DNA from: a virus
IMG/VR virus record: IMGVR_UViG_3300024992_000001
Direction: 5' to 3' (one strand)
DNA length: 52,244 nt
Both the position numbers and the translations under genes were made by a program. The notes under the pieces are model-generated. The model saw only the letters and a list, made by a program, of their open reading frames with translations, had not been told where the DNA came from and made no database searches. Positions 15,216 through 22,736 of the stretch are shown piece by piece (the stretch's first letter is position 1; every line of letters begins with the position of its first letter).

Positions 15216-15234
15216 GAGCTAGAAAGATACTGTT

Positions 15235-15597
15235 ATGACTGCAAAACAACCGCAAACAAGCACTTTTCGGCCTGGCAAGGTCAAAGTCCTGGACATGAAA
15301 GAACAGGAGAAAGAAGTAGACGGCTGGCTCCTGGGGGATACCGGACTCGGCTATCACCTGGTCCATCATGATAATCCAAACGTGCCGGACGGCTTCTTTC
15401 CTACTCATCTTAATTCCGGTTGTATGTTAGGCGGTTTCATGCTCGGTCTGCCGGTCCGTAAATGCCGGGCCTTCCTGCTGGAGATAAAGGACATGGCGCC
15501 CTGGTCGGAAGTAACGACCAGGGAAGAAATCAACGCTCGGCTGGTCCAGCCCGGAATTCTTAAAGAAGTCAACCGCATAGCAAGGAAGTACGAATAA
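15235..15597 (+). CDS. Hypothetical protein (120 aa)
   Basis: ORF track. Weak similarity by eye to the next ORF. Confidence 0.55.
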   Translation: MTAKQPQTSTFRPGKVKVLDMKEQEKEVDGWLLGDTGLGYHLVHHDNPNVPDGFFPTHLNSGCMLGGFMLGLPVRKCRAFLLEIKDMAPWSEVTTREEINARLVQPGILKEVNRIARKYE

Positions 15598-15977
15598 TGT
15601 TCAAGTCTTTGAAACTGACCATGCCGACGAACGGCGGCAAAGAGAAAGAGTTCGAAGGCCAGGAGCTGGTCCAGGCCGACCGGACCGGCAAACTGGCTAA
15701 AACCGCCCTGGGCTTTATCACTATACCTGGCCTGGTAGACGAACAGACCGGCAGGGAGTTAACAAAACCGCACTTCCGGCCTTTGCACGTGCCAAGTAAG
15801 CTCGGCATAGGCGGGGAATTCAAAAATAAAACCAAAGTCAAACAGTTTCTTATTGACATAAGTAAATTGACCGACTGGACCGACATAGACCCGAAAACTT
15901 TTTACCAGCGTAAAACCGAAGACGGGCGCTCAATCGGCGAAGCCGTCAAAGCCGTCCGTGAAGCTACAGGAGAATAA
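15597..15977 (+). CDS. Hypothetical protein (126 aa)
   Basis: TAATG coupling. Confidence 0.55.
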   Translation: MFKSLKLTMPTNGGKEKEFEGQELVQADRTGKLAKTALGFITIPGLVDEQTGRELTKPHFRPLHVPSKLGIGGEFKNKTKVKQFLIDISKLTDWTDIDPKTFYQRKTEDGRSIGEAVKAVREATGE

Positions 15978-15982
15978 CCGCC

Positions 15983-16615
15983 ATGCCTAAACAACTATTC
16001 CAGGACTACATGGCCCTTAACAAAAACCGGAAAGGTGATTTCATTATCACAAAGTACGGTCACGCGGTATGGCCCCTGGACCCGAACCCAGAAGAGATTG
16101 ACATAAAAGATATTGCCTATGCCCTGGCCTTCCAGAACCGCTACGCCGGGCATGCCGGTCTTTACTCAGTTGCCCAGCACAGCCTGGCTATTAGCCGCCT
16201 TACCCGCCCGGAAAACGCGCTATGGGGTTTACTTCACGATGCCGAAGAAGCTTACTTGCCTGATATTCCAAGCCCGGTAAAACGCTTCATTTCCGAATAT
16301 AAAACGGCTGGAAAGAAATTACACGCCGTTATCTGCCAGAAATTCGGCATGGCGGTCGAAGAGCCGGCAGAGATCCTCGAACTGGACCAGCGCATAGTCG
16401 TTAACGAAATGACCGAGCTCATGCCTGAATTCCCCTTCGAATTCGAGTTCAAGGATAAAGCTCTCTCGATAGACTTTGCCGCCGCCGCTTACCTCAACTA
16501 CAACCCTTACCGGGTCTGGAAAATCTTCCTGGACCGCTTCCAATGGTTAACCACAGGTGAAGGCAAAGACCCGGCTAACAAGTACCCTAACCCGTTTTAC
16601 CCAGAAGGAGAATAA
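15983..16615 (+). CDS. HD-domain phosphohydrolase (YfbR/5'-nucleotidase-like) (210 aa)
   Basis: RYAGHAGLYSVAQHS...WGLLHDAEEAYLPD gives the H..H..HD..D metal-ligand pattern. Confidence 0.7.
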   Translation: MPKQLFQDYMALNKNRKGDFIITKYGHAVWPLDPNPEEIDIKDIAYALAFQNRYAGHAGLYSVAQHSLAISRLTRPENALWGLLHDAEEAYLPDIPSPVKRFISEYKTAGKKLHAVICQKFGMAVEEPAEILELDQRIVVNEMTELMPEFPFEFEFKDKALSIDFAAAAYLNYNPYRVWKIFLDRFQWLTTGEGKDPANKYPNPFYPEGE

Positions 16616-16620
16616 CCGCC

Positions 16621-17022
16621 ATGAAGCAACTTAATAGCGCTAACATTATCGCTTTTCACGAACTATGGGGAGCTCGCTGCCTTGTTTACGGTATTACCCA
16701 GGAGATTGAAGCTATCCGACCAACCGCCGAAACCCAGGGCCCGGAAGCGGTGAAGGAAAACTGCCTGGAACTGGCAAAAGTCCTGGATTTCGCCGCCGAT
16801 TGGCTCCGCACAATAGTTGATGAACCTGTTCGGGATGAAGCTAAAGACCAGGAAACCGCAAACATTCCTTTTGGTAAAGGGATTGTTGTTTATTACGACA
16901 CAGACCTGGTTGAACGCCGCAACGACACACTTCTTGACCGGATAACCAGTCTCATTTTACTGGAACTCCGGGGCACTAGCGCTTACCCAATAAACAAAAA
17001 CTCTATTTCCTCAAAGGAGTAG
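16621..17022 (+). CDS. Hypothetical protein (133 aa)
   Basis: ORF track. GGAG RBS. Confidence 0.55.
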   Translation: MKQLNSANIIAFHELWGARCLVYGITQEIEAIRPTAETQGPEAVKENCLELAKVLDFAADWLRTIVDEPVRDEAKDQETANIPFGKGIVVYYDTDLVERRNDTLLDRITSLILLELRGTSAYPINKNSISSKE

Positions 17023-17026
17023 CACT

Positions 17027-17944
17027 ATGGACGCATACCGCCCGATTGATTTCAAGTTTATTCGCGGCCAGGAACACGCTAAACGCGCTATCGAAGTAGC
17101 CCTGGCCGGTAAGCACTCCCTTATGCTCTGGGGCCAGCCGAGCATCGGTAAAACCACAATGGGGCTGGCCGCCTACGACATGTTCACTAACGACCTGGGC
17201 CAGCTTAACTTCGAGCTGGCCGAAGACCTGGCCGACGACGCGGTCGTGAAGACCGCTAAGACCGAAATTGATTCGCTCAACCCGAACGCTCACCAGGTCA
17301 TGGTCACTTCGAAGCCCTGCCCGTGTGGATATTTCGGTGATAGTCACCGGGTCTGTAATTGCTCCCCCGATGACTTCCAGCACTTCTTTTCCCCGGCAGC
17401 GCGTGACCTGGTCAAGGCGGCCCTGATACACGTTGAGCTCCCGATGCTAGATTACGAGAAACTTTCCAGTAACCGCCTGGGAGAGACCTCGAAGGCTATC
17501 GCGGCCCGGATACGCCGGGCCTGGGCTGCCCAGGGGCACCGGTACGGCTTCCGGTACTCGCTGGAGTATTTAACCAATAAGGGAATAGACCAGGACAGCC
17601 CTAAAGGCGTTAATCTGCTCGCGGTGCCGAAAATCTTCAACCAGGCCCTGACCATTGAGCAGGTGACGACCGGCACCGAATTTACCCTTGATTCGCCTGC
17701 TACCGCAATATTAAAAGCGGCCTGCCGGCAGCTTGCTTTCACCCCCAGGGCTTATTTCGATATTTTGAAACTGGGCCGGACTATCGCCGACCTGGGAGAA
17801 TCGAAGCGAATCCAGGCGTCACACCTGGCCGAAGCAATCCAGTACCGCCGGCGGGAAGTCGAAGACCTGGAAAACCAGGCGAAGCGTGACCGAGACCTGG
17901 ACCGGGTTATGGAAGAGCAAAAAGAGAAAGTAGCAGGAAAGTAG
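17027..17944 (+). CDS. Minimised ComM/YifB (Mg-chelatase-like AAA+) homologue lacking most of the ATPase core (305 aa)
   Basis: It retains FIRGQEHAKRAIEVALAG, Walker A GQPSIGKTT, the zinc ribbon CPCGYFGDSHRVCNCSP and the C-terminal RAYFDILKLGRTIADLGES...HLAEAIQYRR. Only about 65 aa separate the Walker A from the zinc ribbon. Confidence 0.65.
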   Translation: MDAYRPIDFKFIRGQEHAKRAIEVALAGKHSLMLWGQPSIGKTTMGLAAYDMFTNDLGQLNFELAEDLADDAVVKTAKTEIDSLNPNAHQVMVTSKPCPCGYFGDSHRVCNCSPDDFQHFFSPAARDLVKAALIHVELPMLDYEKLSSNRLGETSKAIAARIRRAWAAQGHRYGFRYSLEYLTNKGIDQDSPKGVNLLAVPKIFNQALTIEQVTTGTEFTLDSPATAILKAACRQLAFTPRAYFDILKLGRTIADLGESKRIQASHLAEAIQYRRREVEDLENQAKRDRDLDRVMEEQKEKVAGK

Positions 17945-17945
17945 T

Positions 17946-18248
17946 ATGACCGAGCAATTACAGGGTAAAACCGAATGGGAAATCACCGAGACCGGGGAGA
18001 ATGACGACCCGCATTACTTTCTCGAACTCCAGGTCAGTTTCCTTAATCTGATGATTACCCCGATGGGCCCGAACGCTTTCGAGGTAGACATAACCCAGTT
18101 GAGCGACGGCGAAGTTATCAGAACTACGGGCCTGGAAGGCTACCCGAAAACGCTTGAAGCCGCGAAAGCAAAAGCCTTCGAACTGGCCGAAGATGTTTTG
18201 AAAAACGAGCTCCAGGTTTTAAGTCTTTTGAAAGCAGGTCAAAAATGA
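17946..18248 (+). CDS. Hypothetical protein (100 aa)
   Basis: ORF track. ATGA coupling downstream. Confidence 0.55.
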   Translation: MTEQLQGKTEWEITETGENDDPHYFLELQVSFLNLMITPMGPNAFEVDITQLSDGEVIRTTGLEGYPKTLEAAKAKAFELAEDVLKNELQVLSLLKAGQK

Positions 18249-18556
18249 GCGGCAGCACTTTTGAGTACGTGGTCTTTATTTATGACGGTGTTACCAAAAA
18301 TATCACCGTCCCTTTTAAGCCGGTTAACTTGCAGGTGCCGCCGATTAAAAACGGCGATATTTTCAACTATCTGGGCAGCATCGGTTTTCACCTGCACACC
18401 TACACCAGCGTCAATACGGAGATTGTTTACATCTTCGAGCGGGAAACGGTTAAGACCGGCACCGTTAAGGCCGACTTCGACCTGGCCGAGCTAACTTCTT
18501 CCCCCGGTGCCCCCGGCGCGGCCAGGATTATCGGTAAGCCGCCGGTCAAAGGTTAA
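18245..18556 (+). CDS. Hypothetical protein (103 aa)
   Basis: ORF track. Confidence 0.55.
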   Translation: MSGSTFEYVVFIYDGVTKNITVPFKPVNLQVPPIKNGDIFNYLGSIGFHLHTYTSVNTEIVYIFERETVKTGTVKADFDLAELTSSPGAPGAARIIGKPPVKG

Positions 18557-18694
18557 ACAACCGTTCGGACACCTTATTTACTTACTTCATCGTTTCAATA
18601 TAGATCTATTTCAACATTACTTTGCCCCTTTTCTAGTGTTTGTCATCGGTACGGCTGGCCGGCTTAGCCAGCCTTAAACAAGGAGAAACCTTCT

Positions 18695-18913
18695 ATGTTC
18701 ACCAGGATAATCAAAACTTTAACGGCGCTGTTAACCCTGCTGGTGCTGGTGTTTATCGCCGACTACTACCTGGACCGCCTTAAACAGACCGAGCGGGCTC
18801 TCCAGACCGCCCAGGGTGATATATGGGCTTATGGCGGCTCGGTCCGGCGGCACGAAACAGAAATAAAGCAGCTCTATGACTGGCACAAAGAGCTCGAAGA
18901 AAAGGGACTATGA
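18695..18913 (+). CDS. Hypothetical single-TM protein (72 aa)
   Basis: AAGGAG RBS. TM segment LTALLTLLVLVFIADYY followed by a helical tail. Confidence 0.55.
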   Translation: MFTRIIKTLTALLTLLVLVFIADYYLDRLKQTERALQTAQGDIWAYGGSVRRHETEIKQLYDWHKELEEKGL

Positions 18914-19350
18914 GAAATTATATTTCCAATACCCGGCTCCGAGAACGCGTCAACAAGTTCCTGGGGCCGGACCATCTAACCCGCTTCGCTAAACGCATCT
19001 CCCTGAAAGAAATTTACCTGGCCGGGCCTATCGACCAGGACCAGGTAATTGTCTGCAAACGCTGCCAGGTTGCCAGCCAGGACTGCGAAAAGCCGAATAT
19101 CCACAGGCTGAAGTATCGGCAGAAATTATCCGGGTGGGAAACGTACCGGGTCGGCATGACTGTTATCGGCCAGAGTCACAAAATAGGGGTAATAAAGTTT
19201 ATCGGCAGGTATGACTTTCAACATGCGACTTATCCCTGTGTAATCAAGTACCGGCAATCCGGCACCAATTCGCCTATAAGAAATATAGCAACTTTAAAAG
19301 TTGTTGAGCCGGTAAAAGGCAACACTAAAGAAGCATCAAAAAAGGGCTAA
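18910..19350 (+). CDS. Hypothetical CxxC protein, paralogue of 20772-21077 (146 aa)
   Basis: The CKRC...C motif and GVIKFIGRYDFQHATYPCVIKY align by eye with GQLRFIGLYDPERSDWPCIVRY. Confidence 0.55.
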   Translation: MRNYISNTRLRERVNKFLGPDHLTRFAKRISLKEIYLAGPIDQDQVIVCKRCQVASQDCEKPNIHRLKYRQKLSGWETYRVGMTVIGQSHKIGVIKFIGRYDFQHATYPCVIKYRQSGTNSPIRNIATLKVVEPVKGNTKEASKKG

Positions 19351-19419
19351 AGTAATACTGTAATAGCTCTATTAAGACATTATTACAACACTCATTGAAC
19401 ATTAAATAAGGGTCCAACA

Positions 19420-19725
19420 ATGCGAAAAAAAGATATTAACGCGCCGGTAGTCCTGGGCCGAGGAGAAATCCAGGTTATTAACATGGTGGCTATCCGGTGC
19501 TTCGGTTGCGGCCAGGCGGCCCAGCTTATCGGCTCTTATCATGGCTGCTCGCATGCGAAAGTAGCACGTCAGCAGGGCTATCAAACCGACGATCGGGGCC
19601 GCTGGTATTGCCCGGTATGCAAGGTTAACCTGGTCGAACCGGTCGAGCCGCCGGCGGGGCCTAAAGTCCGGGTCGTCAGGACCAGGCGAACAAAAAAGGA
19701 GATACGGTCTAAATGCCCGAACTGA
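19420..19725 (+). CDS. Hypothetical zinc-ribbon protein (101 aa)
   Basis: CFGC...CPVC pairs. Basic C-terminus. Confidence 0.55.
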   Translation: MRKKDINAPVVLGRGEIQVINMVAIRCFGCGQAAQLIGSYHGCSHAKVARQQGYQTDDRGRWYCPVCKVNLVEPVEPPAGPKVRVVRTRRTKKEIRSKCPN

Positions 19726-19988
19726 TGACCGACTGGTATTTTAACGCTGAACTTAATTGTTACCAGGTTGGCATTTTTCATGTATGCTCGATAAATGTTT
19801 ATAAGCGGCCCGGCGGTAAATGGGCCGTCAATGTAATTTTTGAAAATAGCCTGGAACACTTAGATGCTTACGACACCAGCGAAGAAGCTAAAAAAGCCGC
19901 TCTTGACCGAGCTTTGCAAATTGTCAATACTGCCATGACGCAAATTTTAAGCTTGAAATGGAAGAAACTCAATGAACAACCAGATTAA
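19713..19988 (+). CDS. Hypothetical protein (91 aa)
   Basis: ORF track. Overlapping coupling. Confidence 0.55.
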   Translation: MPELMTDWYFNAELNCYQVGIFHVCSINVYKRPGGKWAVNVIFENSLEHLDAYDTSEEAKKAALDRALQIVNTAMTQILSLKWKKLNEQPD

Positions 19989-20301
19989 AATTGCCTTCCA
20001 GCTGCCGAGCGGCCAGGGAAGGATAACGCATTTTAACGCCCTAGAATTCGATACACCCCAGGGCGCTAAATATTTAGCCCGGCTGGTAGCGCATTATTTT
20101 GAAGACGAATTAGCCCATTTTCTACTCGAAGAATTAATGAAAAAGAACGGCCAACCGGTACCGGACCGGTGCCGGAATTGCGGAACAATGCTTTACCCTG
20201 AATATTCAACCGCTGAACAACCGGTTGGACTTTGTAAGACCTGCGCGACGGCAAAAACTAAAACGCTGAATCCACAGGAGCCGGCGAATGACCGAAGCTG
20301 A
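19972..20301 (+). CDS. Hypothetical zinc-ribbon protein (109 aa)
   Basis: CRNC...CKTC pairs. Confidence 0.55.
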   Translation: MNNQIKIAFQLPSGQGRITHFNALEFDTPQGAKYLARLVAHYFEDELAHFLLEELMKKNGQPVPDRCRNCGTMLYPEYSTAEQPVGLCKTCATAKTKTLNPQEPANDRS

Positions 20302-20701
20302 ACAACTCTGCAAAGAATTCGGCGGCATGACCGACGACCAGGCTATAGCCGAATTGAACCGGCGCGGTATCGAAGTAAGAGCCGAAGCCCTGCCCTTTGC
20401 CAATGAAAAAATCTGGAAACGGAAGGTCATATATCTTTGCGAAGCACCGATAATTCATTTCCCCCGAAAAAGTATACCGGTACCGGTGCCAGTTACAATA
20501 ACCTTTACAGACGACCCTAGAAAAGATTTTGACAAATTTGCAGGGATAAAACTTAATTATCAATCTTATAAACAGGTCCACATGGGCTATTCTCACTGGG
20601 TTGACGACTGGGTAAAAGGCGAGCCGGGGAACGGCTATTTTGTGTATTACCGCTGGTATTACTGGGTTAAAGACGGCCCGGAGCAGCCATACTTTGGCTA
20701 A
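20288..20701 (+). CDS. Hypothetical protein (137 aa)
   Basis: ORF track. Trp/Tyr-rich C-terminus. Confidence 0.55.
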   Translation: MTEAEQLCKEFGGMTDDQAIAELNRRGIEVRAEALPFANEKIWKRKVIYLCEAPIIHFPRKSIPVPVPVTITFTDDPRKDFDKFAGIKLNYQSYKQVHMGYSHWVDDWVKGEPGNGYFVYYRWYYWVKDGPEQPYFG

Positions 20702-20771
20702 AATAGACCTGGCCTGTGATAGCGTCCGGGCCGCTACCGGCGCCCTGGTGACCGAGTACATCCATGCCTGC

Positions 20772-21077
20772 ATGAAATGCCGCCGCCCGGTGCCGCTCTG
20801 CCGGCACGACGCGCTCCACCAGCTCGCCGGCTATCACGTCTTCCTGGCCCTATTTAATCGGGTTACCCATTACCACACGGGCCGGACCGGGCAATTGCGC
20901 TTTATCGGGCTCTACGACCCGGAGCGCTCGGACTGGCCCTGCATCGTGCGGTATCCGGTAAAGAGCGGCGGTACCCACGACCGGGCCAGCGCGAGCCTGT
21001 TATCATTCCGACCGGCTGGCCGCCGGAAGCCCCGGCCCGATAAAACAATCAGGAAATCAATTCAGAAAAGACGTTGA
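20772..21077 (+). CDS. Hypothetical CxxC protein, GC-rich paralogue of 18910-19350 (start uncertain; ORF open from 20640)
   Basis: CMKCRRPVPLC plus LRFIGLYDPERSDWPCIVRY. The segment is visibly more GC-rich than its neighbours. Confidence 0.5.
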   Translation: MKCRRPVPLCRHDALHQLAGYHVFLALFNRVTHYHTGRTGQLRFIGLYDPERSDWPCIVRYPVKSGGTHDRASASLLSFRPAGRRKPRPDKTIRKSIQKRR

Positions 21078-21166
21078 CAAAGTGTGGTATAGTGGAAGTG
21101 GACAGTGTGTTCCTCCTTTTAGGCTGACTTGGTTCGATACGTTGCTAAGTGGGTTGCGGTAGAAGT

Positions 21167-21226
21167 TGCCCCCGGCTATAAATTTTCTCAGACTCCATCT
21201 CCTGGGAAAATCGGTAGCCGGGGGCA
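21167..21226. other. Two-tier GC-rich hairpin at the end of the early arm
   Basis: The outer stem is GCCCCCGGCTA (21168-21178) with TAGCCGGGGGC (21215-21225). The inner stem is TTTTCTCAG with CCTGGGAAAA. No T-run follows. Confidence 0.6.
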
Positions 21227-21249
21227 GCGTCGTTTATCGGGATAATAGG

Positions 21250-21585
21250 GAAAATAATCAAAATAATCAGAGTTTTAAAAAAAATGTTATTACCCGTGTT
21301 TCGGTATTGCAAAGGGATAAATTCGGGTAACTAAATACAAATAATCAGAAAAATAGCAAAAATAACACTTTTTTTTCGCATTTTTGAATCGGGCCGAAAG
21401 GCTCTTTTTTTATGCCCTGGAAGGGTCTTTGGAGTGTATATAGGGGATAAAATAATGATATAAAAAAGTTACTTATTTTTGTTATTATTGTGATTATTTG
21501 TATTTAGTTACCTCGATTTAGGTTATTGTAAAGGGAAAACTCAGTAATAAGTGTTTTTATAAAATCGTGATTATTTTGATTATGA
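21250..21585. repeat. About 335-bp AT-rich dyad-symmetric element (nested inverted repeats centred near 21419)
   Basis: Perfect 22-bp IR: GGTAACTAAATACAAATAATCA (21326-21347) with 21491-21512. Perfect 16-bp IR: ATAATCAAAATAATCA (21254-21269) with 21568-21583. Both share the same centre. The motif ATAATCA/TGATTAT occurs 3+3 times. Confidence 0.85.
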
Positions 21586-21699
21586 CAGAAAGTCAGCTTT
21601 CGGAAAAATTAAATTATTTTTTATATTTTTATTACTACTCAGTAGTGACAAAATGGGTTTTGGGCTTAACTTTTGGCCGGGAAAAATTCGAAATTCTTC

Positions 21700-21990
21700 G
21701 GTTTTTGGCCGTTCGTGTGCCGTTCACATGCGTTCGCGCTCATTCATGTACGTTGCGCCCAGGCTGCGAGCCCGCCCGTGTGTGCCGCCGCGAGCTTGTA
21801 TACCTGTATGTAGTATATGCGCGGGTAGTATACTGGTAATTGAGCGGGTATACTGGGGCTTTACAGGTCCGTTACCAGGGCTTAGAATAGGACCAGGCCG
21901 GTCCGATATATGGCTCGGTGCCGGGAGTTGGCAGCTCCAGGCCCGGCGGTCCGGCCCTAATAATATTAGCCTGGAGCCGTGTTTAGCCTA
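21700..21990. other. GC-rich repeat/hairpin cluster upstream of terS (candidate packaging site or structured RNA)
   Basis: GTATAC(C/T)(T)G occurs at 21798, 21828 and 21848, and GCGGGTA occurs twice. CGTTC repeats lie at 21710-21765. A 9-bp IR is GCTCCAGGC (21934-21942) with GCCTGGAGC (21969-21977). Confidence 0.4.
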
Positions 21991-22145
21991 ATCGGGGTTA
22001 TTCGATGGTATATTTACTGCCGGATAATGTGAATACACTGTGATAGAGTATAGGTGTTTAGGTTATTGTTATAGGCTAAACTCTATTTGCAGTTATAGAA
22101 TAATAAAGATAATTGCGATTATCTTGACTAACTATTGGGCCTAAT

Positions 22146-22736
22146 ATGCAGGTAGTAGAGAACGCTGGTGCTAAGCCCTGGGATATTCTTCCTGATGAAG
22201 ATATGGCCTGGTTTAAGCGCTTTGAGAAATATAGACTGATGCAGCCTGAAGACAGAAGTCTAAAGGTTTTGTTTATGCTGGAGCGCGAACGGCGTAAGCG
22301 CCTGGGTACCCTGGACCAGCTTCCAGCGTACCGTACCTTCGTGCAGGTAGCTAAGAAACATGACTGGCCTGGTCGTGCTAGAGAGTTTGATAAGGCTGAG
22401 ATTGAGAAGGACAGGGCAGGTGCTGAGCTACTACGTAGTGAGGAGTCACGTTCAGCAGAAGAAGAAAGAGCTTTACAAAGACAACATCGCCGCCAGCTTA
22501 TGAACATTTTATTTAATAAGGTGCTGGCCGCCATCAATACGGAAAGTTTTGATTTAACGAAAGCCAAGCCGGGGGAGCTACTTCAGTTCATGCGAGTCTA
22601 TCTTAAAGAGAATCGTGAGGAATATGATAATGCTCCAGCAAGGTACCGCCGGTTCCAGTTTGATACGCTAACCGACCAGGAGCTTTATGACCTTATCCAA
22701 GAACAACTCGCCCTTAATCCTGGCCGCACTAGATGA
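22146..22736 (+). CDS. terS: Putative terminase small subunit (196 aa)
   Basis: Position immediately upstream of, and overlapping, terL. Charged helical protein. No specific motif recognised. Confidence 0.5.
   Translation: MQVVENAGAKPWDILPDEDMAWFKRFEKYRLMQPEDRSLKVLFMLERERRKRLGTLDQLPAYRTFVQVAKKHDWPGRAREFDKAEIEKDRAGAELLRSEESRSAEEERALQRQHRRQLMNILFNKVLAAINTESFDLTKAKPGELLQFMRVYLKENREEYDNAPARYRRFQFDTLTDQELYDLIQEQLALNPGRTR

Noticed and set aside
21074-21093. TTGACA...TATAGT promoter-like pair at the end of the early arm.
   Set aside because: The hexamers are only 8 nt apart, and TTGACA overlaps the stop codon of the preceding ORF. This is not a plausible sigma70 geometry.
21128-21145. tRNA-like T-loop sequence GGTTCGATAC.
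   Set aside because: The flanking bases cannot form a T-stem, an acceptor stem or an anticodon arm. I could fold no tRNA anywhere in the window.
21250-21585. Possible CRISPR mini-array or N15-type telomere-resolution site (telRL).
   Set aside because: The repeats are inverted and nested, not regularly spaced direct repeats, and no cas genes are present. No protelomerase-like ORF is recognisable and the dyad is not a continuous perfect palindrome. The telomere idea is kept only as a remote alternative in the finding.
21567-21991. Track ORFs 21567-21839 and 21653-21991 in the gene-free region.
   Set aside because: They have no RBS, span an abrupt AT-to-GC composition switch and give Cys/Arg/Val-rich implausible products. 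The region is better explained by repeats and hairpins.
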